NCBI RefSeq assembly: GCF_035594765.1 | Contig: NC_085842.1 | Location: 243,113,747 to 243,177,746 of the forward strand | Direction of reading: 5' to 3' | Length of the DNA stretch: 64,000 bases | Source: Anolis carolinensis | Lineage: Eukaryota | Part shown: positions 1 through 10,757 of the stretch, in pieces | How the letters are laid out: every line of letters begins with the position of its first letter | Numbering within the stretch: position 1 is the stretch's first letter | Made by a program: the position numbers and the translations under genes | Notes under the pieces: generated by a model | What the model saw: the letters and a program-made list of their open reading frames with translations, nothing else | Databases searched by the model: none | Told to the model about the DNA's origin: nothing

Positions 1-9
1 GGTTTAGGA

Positions 10-120
10 TGTGCAATTTACCCAAGGTCAACCAGTGGATTTCCATAGCTTAACAGGGTATTGAGTCCTGATCTCCAGAGTTGTAGTCCATCACTCAAAC
101 CACTACAACATGCTGGCTCT
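10..120 (-). mobile_element. tRNA-headed CORE/MIR-like squamate SINE fragment
   Basis: cccaaggtca..cagtggatttccat..ctccagag..aaaccactacaaca is the reverse of a tRNA A/B-box head plus CORE. Confidence 0.65.
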
Positions 121-252
121 TGCCAGATATAGGATAAATAGTTCCTATTTAGTCTATCTTCAGATGAGACTCTCAACTGTCCCATCATTCATATGACTCT
201 CTTTTAAACACACACACAAAATACTTTATACTGTTAACAGTGTTATACTCGG

Positions 253-512
253 TTTTTTATTATGTCAGAAGCAACTTGAGAACATACTGCAAGTTGCTTC
301 TGGTGTGAGAGAATTAGCTGTCTACAGAGACGTTGCCCAGGGGATGCCTGGATGTGTTAGCTGGAAGGCTTATTCCCGAAAGCTAGAGCTGACAGGTGGG
401 AGCTCACCCTATCTTGTGGATTTGAACCGGCAACATTTAGGTCAGCAACCCAACCTTCAGGTCAGCAGTTCAGGCAGGACAAGGGTTTAACCCACTGCTC
501 TACCACGGCTCC
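253..512 (-). mobile_element. Anolis tRNA-derived SINE (ACASINE2-like)
   Basis: Tail tgtcagaagcaacttgagaac..gcttctggtgtgagagaatt; head ggtttaacccactg..ggctcc. Same family at 24825, 37917, 43310, 50451. Confidence 0.8.
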
Positions 513-1254
513 ATGCTATAGTTGTGTGTACTGTATATTAATATACTAGAAATACAATAATGTTGATAGTATGTGTAGTGTTTTATGGTACCATCTCAAA
601 AGTAAAACCATTTTCTCTTGATTTCTTCTGGAGTAAATTATACCAAACTGGAAAAGTTAAAAGGATCATTCCTTTAGAAGTTAATTTTTGAAATTAACAC
701 CCAAACAGTTTGTAGTACTTCAACAAAATTGTTCAAAGACACTGACTCCTTTCCTTCAACCTTCCTCACTGCAAAAACGTGCACTAAAAAAACCACCAAA
801 CTCAGCATGGTGTATCAGCCAGTTTAGCATGCAAAATAGGTACCTTGTTTGCCATCTTTGAGGCAAAGCTTTGGATTTTGCTACAAGTCGTTCTATGGCT
901 GCCCTCTATTATGATCATCATTATAATCATTATTTCCTTCTCCTTACCTTTCTCTAAAACAAAGTCAGGCCGCTCACAATTCAAATAAGAAGACCTTTAG
1001 AGCAGGCAGTTATAAAAACTAAGGGACATTTTAACAAACAAGCTATAGCTCAAGCCACACTAAGCTAAAATCAGTTTGTCTATAACTGTTACACAAATGT
1101 ATTCCCTGTTGCTTTTTCTTTTGTAAAAAAAAGTAACAACAAAGGATAAAAGAGTACAATAAAATGCAAAGTCACAGAACACCTATACTTCTATTGTGAC
1201 AATCAAAAGGCACAAAATACATCATGCAAAATTTCAAGGCACAAAGTTCAAATT

Positions 1255-2042
1255 TCAAAATGAAGTTCAACAGGGACAAATGCAAGATACTTCACTTCGG
1301 CAGAAAAAATGGAATGCAAAGATACAGAATGGGGGACACCTGGCTAGACAGCAGTACATGTGAAAAAGATCTTGGAGTCCTTGTGGACAACAAGTTAAAC
1401 ATGAGCCAGCAATGTGATGCGGCTGCTAAGAAAGCCAACAGGATTCTGGCCTGCATCAATAGGGGAATAGCGTCTAGATCCAGGGAAGTCATGCTCCCCC
1501 TCTATTCTGCCTTGGTCAGACCACACATGGAATACTGCGTCCAATTCTGGGCACCACAGTTGAAGGGAGTTGTTGACAAGCTGGAAAGCGTCCAGAGGAG
1601 GGCAACTAAAATGATCAAAGGTCTGGAGAACAAGCCCTACAAGGAGAGGCTTAAAGAACTGGGCATGTTTAGCCTGCAGAAGAGAAGGCTGAGAGGAGAC
1701 ATGATAGCCATGTACAAATATGTGAGGGGAAGTCATAGGGAGGAGGGAGCAAGCTTGTTTTCTGTGCCCTGCAGACTAGGACACGGAACAATGGCTTCAA
1801 ACTACAGGAAAGGAGATTCCACCTGAACATCAGGAAAAACTTCCTCACTGTGAGGGCTGTTCGGCAGTGGAACTCTCTCCCCCGGACTGTGGTGGAGGCT
1901 CCTTCTTTGGAGGCTTTTAAACAGAGGCTGGATGGTCATCTATCGAGGGTGCTTTGAATGCGATTTCCTGCTTCTTGGCAGGGGGTTGGACTGGATGGCC
2001 CATGAGGTCTCTTCCAACTCTACTATTCTATGATTCTATGAT
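1255..2042 (+). mobile_element. CR1 LINE, 5'-truncated 3' end
   Basis: ORF 1224-1826 encodes the CR1 ORF2 C-terminus ([33 protein letters not shown]) with a frameshift near 1763; 3'UTR ends in (ATTCTATG)n. Confidence 0.95.
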
Positions 2043-2217
2043 AAGGCTTCACATGCTTCTTCATCAGACAAAGATGTTATAAATCATACAAAAGAAGAAT
2101 AGTTGTGACGCTAAGAGACATGGGCCAGAGTTTCATACAGAGGATAAAAGCAATGTGTCTCATATCATGCAAGACCTGTATGAAGAAATATGTAACTACT
2201 TCAGTGGGCTACTGATA

Positions 2218-2517
2218 CAGTAGAGTCTCACTTGTCCAAGTCTCTGGATTATCCAAGCCATTTTTGTAGTCAATGTTTTCAATATATCGTGATATTTTGG
2301 TGCTAAATTCATAAATACAGTAATTACAACGTAACATTACTGCGTATTGAACTACTTTTTCTGTCAAATTTGCTGTATAACATGATGTTTTGGTGCTTAA
2401 TTTGTAAAATCATAACCTAATTTGATCTTTAAAGATCCTTAATCCTTCATTATCCAAGATATTCGCTTATCCAAGCTTCTGCCGGCCCATTTAGCTTGGA
2501 TAAGTGAGACTCTACTG
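2218..2517. mobile_element. Tc1/mariner-superfamily (pogo/Tigger-type) MITE, family 'cagtagagtctcacttatccaa'
   Basis: TIRs cagtagagtctcactt / aagtgagactctactg, TA on both sides; six copies in the window. Confidence 0.9.
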
Positions 2518-2893
2518 TATTTCCATAATGGTACCATGAGTCTTGCATCTGAGATTCTGTAAAAACACAAGGCCTGTTTTGCTTTTGTTTTTCTGTTGCA
2601 TTGGAACTTTGTTTGCCATTACAGTATCAAGAATGCAATTTACATATTGGATTATTAGCTAACAGTTATCTTGCAGAAACCAACAAGACTCAACCAATAT
2701 CCTTCACAAGAAAATCACAATATGGCAAAAATAAGTTTTAATTTCAGTTTCCAAAATAAGAGGGAGAAAAAGATAACAGTGCTCACAAAACATTCCAAGA
2801 TTGGTTTAAAAAACACTTGAAAATATAAGATTGGAAGCCATTAGGAACAGTTTTTCTGGAAAAGAGTTTTCTTCTGATAGAACAAGACTTTAC

Positions 2894-2930
2894 CTGTGGA
2901 ACCTCCATTAATATTCACTGGGTGGGCCAT
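2894..2930 (-). CDS. KANK1: First coding segment (37 nt, phase-1 donor) of probable KANK1: MAHPVNINGGST+G
   Basis: ATG at 2930 in strong Kozak context (GGCATGG); 12 codons + 1 nt, then donor CAG|gtaaag at 2893. Peptide and 37-nt length resemble my recollection of the human KANK1 N-terminus (MAHTTKVNGSASG). Too short for the ORF track. Confidence 0.8.
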
Positions 2931-3008
2931 GCCTGCTCACTGACAAATCCAGAAACAGATTGTTATGAGTCATGCAAATCAAGCATCAAGTCCAACCAGG
3001 CATGCAAC
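2894..3008 (-). other. KANK1: Complete 115-nt exon (78 nt 5'UTR + 37 nt CDS) of probable KANK1
   Basis: Acceptor ttttaattgctcctctccttttctgtttcag|GTTGCATG at 3009/3008 with a pyrimidine tract and branch-like tttaat; donor at 2893. Confidence 0.8.
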
Positions 3009-5529
3009 CTGAAACAGAAAAGGAGAGGAGCAATTAAAATATAGTTCAAACATCAGTGTCCGTTTGTTAATAAAGGATAAAAAAATACATACACATATAC
3101 AATCCTACAATTCAAACATGAGAGGTCCTTAAAAGGAAATTATCAACAATGCCAAGAGATATTAAGAAACTTAACCCCTTCTCAAGCCCCAGATCAAGTA
3201 TTATTATTCTTAAAAATGTGTCATGGGTGCTTGTTTGACCTGTTTATATAGACAAATGTTGGTTAACACCACTATATAAAAAAGCCCTTTCGCTACACAA
3301 GCATATTTGCAAAGAGAACTACGGTTTTGTCAGAGGGAAAGTAAGACCGTGGACGTAATGAGGGGAAGTATGTGAATACACAAAAATATCATAAACACAT
3401 AGGAATTCTAAACACTTATTTTTAATTGCCTCGAGTTGTTTCAAAGTGCTGCAGTCCAGAATCTATCAGCATTAAATGTGTTATTTTTGATATAATGCTA
3501 TAATGGGAATTCACATATAAAGACAGAGGCTGTTTCAGGTCCCCAGGTCCTATCCTGCTGAAAGAGTTGGGTGGCCCCACTTTCTCATGCCAGAGGGCTA
3601 GTCTAAATAGGAATGAAAATCCAAACTCACCCTGAACTAGCTCCTGGCAGTCTTCACAACATTTTATAACTCTCAGTGAATTTTGCAGAGTAAACTGGCT
3701 TTGCCCTGCTTCAGGAAAAGTTGTGGGATGCTCCAGATTTTCCTTGAAACACTGGAGTATCCTGCACCTCAAGGCAGTGTTGACAGCTGCACTGGGTTAG
3801 AGACAGACTAGTCCCCTGTACAGTCAGCACACTACCACTATCAACTTCCCCTTGCATTTAACAGCTCAGGGAAAATGGGATGATTGTGTCCATGTCACCA
3901 TTGTTGCCACCTCCAGAGCTCCATACAACATCAGCAGGGGTGCCCACACATCCCTTCCTTCTTCCTGGTTGTGTAGGTGCCTCTCCAGAAGTCAAAATGG
4001 GGCTACCGCAATGGCCAGACACTTGCACAGAGCTCTGTGGGTAGCTAGGAGCCGGCAACAGTGATACAGGAGGTTATATGACAGCCCAGACGAGGCCAAT
4101 GAGACCTCAACCCTGCTGGGTCATAGGAACTCCAACACGCCACCACGGCAAGTTTGACCAGTGAATGTGGCTATGTCTGGGGTAAATCTGGAGCATTTCT
4201 GTTGTTGACCAGCTGCTATTTTTTGCCATGCAGACTTGACTAGGTATCAGCCTGTCTGAAAAGTGTACTATGAAATGTGATTGTGAATACCAAGTAACAC
4301 TTCTATAGTCCCAAGTATGAAAATGACTTCCGGATTGTCCAACTGGATTGTCTTCTTAAAGAAAGCACAGCTAGACTTATATACTAACAAAAATGCCCTG
4401 ACTGTCAGTTCGGTAAACGCAAATAATACAACACAGTATATCGTTCCCACATCAACAATTACAACAGCAAAAAGTTGCTTCTTAAAGTTGCTTTATAAAT
4501 GGCAAACAGCACACAGCACAGCAATAACTACAACGTGTTTTGTCATTCAGCAGCACTGAGGCTAGCAGTAGGTGGCTGTAACATAAACCAAGCACTAGCA
4601 AGATTATCAAGTGAAATTGATTTGCAAAAAACAATATAAACAGTCCATCGTATTTATAGGTAACACCCAGGCTATTTCTCTCTATATGGGTGTGTACGTA
4701 TGAAATGAGTATACATTGGGGCTTAGGTGTTCTCACAGAACAGGTACATGAGAAGACAGAGTGTTTCTCAGGACAATCCTTCAGGGTTCTTGCCCTTACA
4801 AATCCCATGGTTTTACGTGCTTGTCTCATACCTGCCTGAGATTACAGACTTGTGAAGACTTCAGGGCAAATGTAAGAACAAGTAAGGACTGGTTAGAAGT
4901 ATTATTTGCTAATAGAAGATGCACTTGGGAGTGGGAGAAAGCTTTATTAATTCAGTATTCAAACTTTCTTTCTATATAGAAAGCTAGTGCCAAATGTCTT
5001 GATGTTTACATCATTTGGCAGCATATGAATAGTTGCCCATAAATTCCTTTTCCACATACAGCCAAGTGTTTATTCACCAATGCACAAAGCTGATGAAAGC
5101 CTTTGACCAATGCACAAAGCTAATGAAAGTTAAAAGGATGAACGGGGACAGAGGCAAAGGAGAACATGCTTGTTCTGTCATACACCTTATAAGCTGAGGC
5201 CAGGAAATCAGAAGATGACATTGAGTTAGGGTCTCTGTAGTGTGGTCTTTGTTGTCTGCATTTATATCCTGTGAAATAAGTGAAATGGGTACATAATACG
5301 AAACTTTATATGTGTACTCAGATAGCCAGAGAACACGTCATTATGGATGCACAGTAAAATAAACCGGTACCCTAAGTGCAATGAAAGCTCTGACAGAATG
5401 GGGTGCAAATTTCTACACATAAACATAAAAATGAATGCATCTGCCTCTGTAGTGCAGGGTGCGCTGTGGGTGTATGCAACTGTGCTCACCTTATGGTTCA
5501 AATTTAAACCAAGCCATCAATTGAGATTA

Positions 5530-5770
5530 AAAGTCAGCATGATATTATGGTTAGTGTCAGTCTAGGATTTAGAAGGTGAGGGTTTGCATCTTCACTCATC
5601 CATAAGCTCAGAGGGTGCAGTTAGGCAAAGCACAAGCTCTTCACCTAATCTACTTCACACAATTGTTGTAGGAATAAAAATAAAAATGGAGAGAAAGAGA
5701 TCCATATGCTGTACCCAGAGCTTGTTGAAGGAAAAGACAGGTATAAAAGTGACAAAGAACAATATATGAA
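5530..5770 (+). mobile_element. Old degenerate CORE SINE with L2-like tail (Squam3/MIR-like)
   Basis: Decayed tRNA head and cacctaatctacttcacacaattgttgtagg CORE-like segment. Confidence 0.45.
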
Positions 5771-5885
5771 ATAAATTCACTGGACAGCATGAAAAATAAA
5801 CTTTCTCAATGTCACCCATTTTTACTGTAGTATCAAGAGAAAATAATGGTCTAAGGACTTGGCCATATTGTCATGTGTAACATGA

Positions 5886-6054
5886 GTGTTTAATATTATC
5901 ATCATATATAACGGCGCTCCATGCAGTCATGCCGGCCACATGACCTTGGAGGTGTCTATGGACAATGGCGGCTCTTCGGCTTAGAAATGGAGATGAGCAT
6001 GAACCTCCAGAGTCGGACACAACTAGACTGAATTTCGGGGAAAACTTTTACCTC
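5886..6054 (+). mobile_element. Sauria SINE, 5'-truncated
   Basis: gccggccacatgaccttggaggtgtc..gcttagaaatggagatgagca..tttacct tail; 10-bp TSD tgtaacatga at 5876-5885 and 6055-6064. Confidence 0.85.
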
Positions 6055-6858
6055 TGTAACATGAACCTAAGCCTTCAGAAGTGAACATTTAACTATAACA
6101 CTGAGATGCAAATACCACATGGAACAGTCATTTATGAAGCATAAGGCTTATGACAGAGAAAGCACATAGAAGGAAAGATAATTAAATTGCAAAATCGTAA
6201 GTGTTGAAAGGATTCTTCTCATGCTGAAAATTTGCTAAATAGAAGCTCTCATATGGTTTTCACATTCATGTGCGGGAAGTTTTAGTTTATTCACAATTCC
6301 AAGTGTACACTGCCTCCCTGGGCTTCCTACCACAGTATGAAGATGTTTTACTGGGCAGCTAGCCAAGGTACAATGTTTAAGCCAAACACAACCCTGAGTG
6401 TTAAGAGCAAACACACAAAAAAGGCCCTTTCCTAGGTTAAATAATCATATGGCACATGTCACCAGGGAGTTCCTCCTGAACAAACAGCACTGAAAGGAAC
6501 AGCATTTGTATTTATGTTCATGTACCACCCACATCAGGACAGAGAGGCCACTTCTATTGCCATGTCCCACACCAAAATGGGTAAGACAAAATATTACAAT
6601 TTGTCCAAGATTCAGGATAGTTTCCCTTTTGTAAGAATAGAGTTGTTACTGCGACACAATACAAGGTAAAAGTTGAAAATGGCCTCTCAATGACCTGTGG
6701 GTCTCCTTCCCTTGCTAATCAGTTTTGTTTTTAAGCTTCTTATAGCACAAACTGTAAGGCAGAATTGTTCTTTATCCCATTTAAAGAGAGCAGAAATAAT
6801 GATATTTTTAGACGTACAAGATTTCTAATACTATCAACCACTGGTTACACCGCAAGTA

Positions 6859-7024
6859 CAGTCTGCCCTCTGTGTGCATGGATTCAACCCATGCTTGAAT
6901 TTAAAAAACAAAAACGTAAAACTTGATTATGTCAGGGACATTATTTTACTAAGCCATTAATAGGGCTTTGGTATCAACAGGGGGACCTGGAACCAAACAC
7001 TAGTGAATATCAAGGGCCCACTAC
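6859..7024. mobile_element. Degenerate Tigger/MER2-like MITE
   Basis: cagtctgccctc..atggattcaacc start; ggacctggaaccaaac..aagggcccact end. Confidence 0.55.
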
Positions 7025-7534
7025 ATATCATACAATTTCAAAACCTCAAATTATAATTGCAATGGAAGTTGTCCCAGTCCCTTATCATTTCTGCTCCATC
7101 CTCCTTGGGTGATTTTATCTGATTTGTTGTAACATTAAATCAAGTGCCTAGGCATGCTTTGAACATGTCTTATCAGCTGCAGGAACACACCTGGAGCCAA
7201 TTTATTAGGAACTGCAACTTCTTTCAATATTTGTGGTATTATCATAAGTATTACAGACCAGCCAAAGATTACTGCTCAACTTATCTGTATGTTTCCCCCT
7301 CTCCACAGAGATGGTTTTTTCAACATTTTCAGTTCTCACGCAGGAAGAAATCTGCAGGTGTTTTCTACCCAGAGATTGGAAATAAAACCTGGGTCCAGTT
7401 GGGATTTCTGGTAACAAGGCCCCTTCATTCCACATGCCTTCTGTTCTTAAGTGCTCACCTGCCTCCATGTTTTGTCATAATCAGGAGATACTACATAAGG
7501 GTGTCTCACTTTAATTGTTAGCAAGTTTTATTCT

Positions 7535-7846
7535 ATGAGGTCCGTCTTCTTAAACTGGGGAACCTGACCCCAAATGTGGTCCCCTTAACTCAATGCTGGG
7601 GTCACAAAATATTTCGCAACAGGAAAAGGTTTCCATCACCACCCATTTACATAAATCTGTTAGCAACAAAGTGCAGTCTTTACAGTGGACTCTTCAGAAA
7701 ATTCTTCAGCTGTGCTTCATAAAAAATTAAAACCAATCCATTTAGCAAGTCTTGCAAACAATGGCTTGTTATCAGTAAATGCTGGGGTCACATAAAAATT
7801 TCTCAGGCAAAATGGGGTCACAATGGAAAAAGCTGAAGACGCCTTC
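7535..7846. mobile_element. Degenerate hAT non-autonomous element
   Basis: cttcttaaactgggg start, repeated ggggtcac subterminal motifs, aaaaagctgaagacg end. Confidence 0.5.
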
Positions 7847-7926
7847 TATAGGGTGCCTGAAAATTATCTTTAAATTTTCAGTTGCATGGAATTTATATTG
7901 TAAAGATAATTTTCAGACACCTTGTA
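7847..7926. mobile_element. 80-bp palindromic mariner-type MITE
   Basis: 26-bp arms 7847-7872 and 7901-7926 with 3 mismatches; TA ends. Confidence 0.7.
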
Positions 7927-8024
7927 CTCTTTGTTGTCATCTTTCTTAAACTGTATTATTTATTATTCTTACAATGAACAATATTATTAAGTCACCAAAA
8001 AAGGTTATTACAGACAGTGTTTGC

Positions 8025-8092
8025 CATCGGATGCAGAAAGCCTACAAAAGCTAAGACCACAGCAAATCTGTTAGTCTTTAAAGATGCCAGGT
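8025..8092 (+). mobile_element. Degenerate Penelope-like 3' end
   Basis: aaagctaagaccacagcaaatctgttagtctttaaagatgcca resembles the reverse complement of the 37513 copy. Confidence 0.4.
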
Positions 8093-9384
8093 GCCCCTAT
8101 GGAAACAGATTTTATTTCAAATGATATGTATCTTGCCAAACAAAGATTTAATAATGCTGTCAGAAACCATAAGACACAACTTCTTATCAGTTATTGCTTA
8201 TCTTAGCGAGGGCTTTATTGGGTTATATACAAGATATGGTGCATAAACTCACCAGATGCTGACAATAAAAATAAAGGTTGAAAACTTGGGGGGGGGGGGG
8301 GAGAGAGAATCCTTTGGAAGTTTTCTAAAAGGAGTCCATCAAATTCTGTATTGTTAAAATTAGACATCTAAACCACTTTCAGGAAGTAAAAAAAAGCAAT
8401 GTATATTATAAAACTGGAGGCGTCTGCCCAGTTTTTAAAAAAAATATGTATACACTATACAGTGGATTTTACAGTCATTAACCTGCAAAGAAGCAGAACA
8501 TAAGAGTAGCTTCTTTTGGAGTACAATTCCCAGAATCCCCCAAATGGCACGGCCAGGACTACATTGAACATTAGGGTTATTTCAGAGCCTTTGAGCAGTT
8601 AACAGCCTGTTTGTGAGGACCTATCTTTCTCCATAGTATTCAGTATCATGAATGGCAGAAGAACATCAGCAAAGATGTCATGTGAACAAAGTTTAAAAAC
8701 TCATGATTTGCCTTCTGAAAGCAGTTTTGTTGCAACGAACACAAGATGCATAGAAAGAGGGCACTTATCACTGTAATGCAGTTTTATAAATGTAATAGTT
8801 TTCATTGTACTAGTTCCTCTTCCTCATCTTGTCCACAGCGAACTAACTTAATTGGCAGTAAATGTAGGATGAAAAGGTAACAATATTTTGAGTTATCTTT
8901 AAAATTTTGTAGTAATTAAATGTTACCATTAGACACTATACTTTTATTGTGAAGATGATTTTTAGCAAGTTTTAATTAACCGCTGAATCTGAGGGTTCTA
9001 AGTATGTCTTTCAATAGACATGCCTGGAAAAGACAAAAGCCACTACATAAAATTTTGGTTAAAGGTTTTCCAACACTAAAACAACTGTAAAAATAAGAGC
9101 ATTCACCCTTTAAGGATTTATATGTAAGCCAGTCTTGGTCTAAAAAATTCAAAGAATCTTAGTTCTGACAATAGCCTGAAAACATCTAAAGTTCCCTTCA
9201 CTGTAAACTGAAGAACCTAAACAATAAAAAGATTAATAGGTAGCATACTTTCTATTTTATTTCATTTTTTATTTACTGCATTTTTAGCTGTATTGCAAGG
9301 CAAGGTAGGTTAACTATAAAATCTAAAGACGTGGTCTGGATTAAGGTTCACACACAAGGTTTTGTGGATGAATGCCTCAAGTAC

Positions 9385-9577
9385 TTTGCATTGTATTGTT
9401 TTAAATTTATTTATTGTATATTGTTAATCTGTTTAACAGTTTTAATTGTTCATGTTTTATCTTTTGTATTGTATATTGGCATCAAATTCTGCCGGATTGT
9501 GAGCCGCCCTGAGTCCCCTCGGGTGAGAAGGGCGGGATAGAAATGATGGGAAAAAATTAAATAAATAATAAATAAAA
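9385..9577 (+). mobile_element. L2 LINE 3'UTR/tail
   Basis: T-rich UTR, gtgagccgccctgagtcc..gggcgggatagaaat stem-loop, (TAAA)n tail. Confidence 0.8.
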
Positions 9578-9634
9578 TGGGTACCTATGAAATCACCATG
9601 TCATTGTTAAATTTTTGACACAATTAAACCAGAT

Positions 9635-10278
9635 TTCTAATGGGAGCCGGCTATAGGGAGCACACAATGCCCCTATTAAAGCAGCTCCACTGGCTGCCGA
9701 TAAACTGCCGGGCCCAATTCAAGGTGCAGGTTTTGACCTATAAAGCCCTACATGGCTCGGGCCCTACCTATCTCCGTGATCACATCTCCTCCTATGAGCC
9801 AGTGCGGACCTTGAGATCTTCCGGGGAGGCTCTTCTCGCGCTCCCACCACCATCTCAAGTGCAGCTGGTGGGGACGAGGGAACGAGCCTTCTCGGCAGTG
9901 GCCCCCCGGCTCTGGAATGCATTGCCAAAAGAGATCAGGCAATCCGCTACATTATCCAATTTCCGTAAGGAACTGAAGACCTGGTGGTGTCGGCAGGTTT
10001 TTGAGTAATTACATTGGACTACCGCCGATTTCTGGGCCTGAATATATTGCACAAGATTTCCCTAGCCTAAAATGATACATTTTAATATATTGGTTTTATG
10101 GTTCCCGTCCCCTTGATCTGGTCATGTAAGTGTGATTTATTGTTATAATTGTATTATTTTACTTTGTTTAATAATGTGTATTATGTTGTTATGTAATGTT
10201 TGTGTTTGCTTTTATGACTGTAAACCGCCCTGAGTCCCATCCGGGAGATAGGGCGGTATATAAATAAAATATTATTAT
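9635..10278 (+). mobile_element. L2 LINE, 5'-truncated
   Basis: ORF 9640-10008: LLKQLHWLPI..FKV..TYKALHG..P.YL..RAFS..APRLWN.LP (L2 ORF2 C-terminus); tail ccgccctgagtcc..gggcggtatataaataaa. Confidence 0.92.
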
Positions 10279-10619
10279 CAACACAACGATGTTGTATGGC
10301 ACAGCAAACAAGATAGATATGCTGGATTTCGTTTCACAAAATCACAAGTCGAACACTTCCCAAGTGTCTAGGACTGTGTGATGTATTTTCGGATGATGCG
10401 TGCAGATCCCAGCAGGGTGGCTTTTTGCAGTTGGCAGATCGTAATTTTGTCAATGCCTATTGTTTCCAAATGCCGGCTGAGATCTATCGGCACGGCACCC
10501 AGTGTGCCCATCACCACCGGGACCACCTGCACTGGTTTCTGCCAGAGTCTTTGCAGTTCAAGAACCTGCTTTGATTGAAGTCAAAAATCAGAAACTCCTC
10601 AAAGCACAGCAGACAAAAA
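10279..10619 (-). mobile_element. R4/Dong-clade non-LTR retrotransposon 3' end with a probable inverted 5' segment
   Basis: Minus frame 10559-10368 reads ELQRLWQKPVQVVPVVMGTLGAVPIDLSRHLETIGIDKITICQLQKATLLGSARIIRKYITQS* (restriction-like endonuclease C-terminus); flanked on both sides by (ATT)n. Confidence 0.85.

Positions 10620-10671
<52 letters not shown>
10619..10671. repeat. (ATT)n microsatellite
   Basis: About 17 units. Confidence 0.98.
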
Positions 10672-10757
10672 TTATAAAAAGATAGCTTAAAACCAGCCAG
10701 AGATGTAGCCAGAAAAAAGTAACATTGTTTTAAAAATTCAACAACAAATCAAGAATA

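Noticed and set aside
1224-1826. 200-aa ORF as a host gene
   Set aside because: It is a frameshifted CR1 ORF2 C-terminus with a chance upstream ATG.
1245-2075. CR1 splitting a hammerhead remnant (minus strand CTGATGA-AGAAGC..GCCTT|GAAA on rejoining the flanks)
   Set aside because: Stem II and the cleavage-site context are poor and the junction is ambiguous; too speculative.
5076-5129. CTGATGA within a 30-bp-period duplication as a hammerhead or C/D snoRNA
   Set aside because: No correctly placed stem II/GAAA or terminal stem; a simple local duplication.
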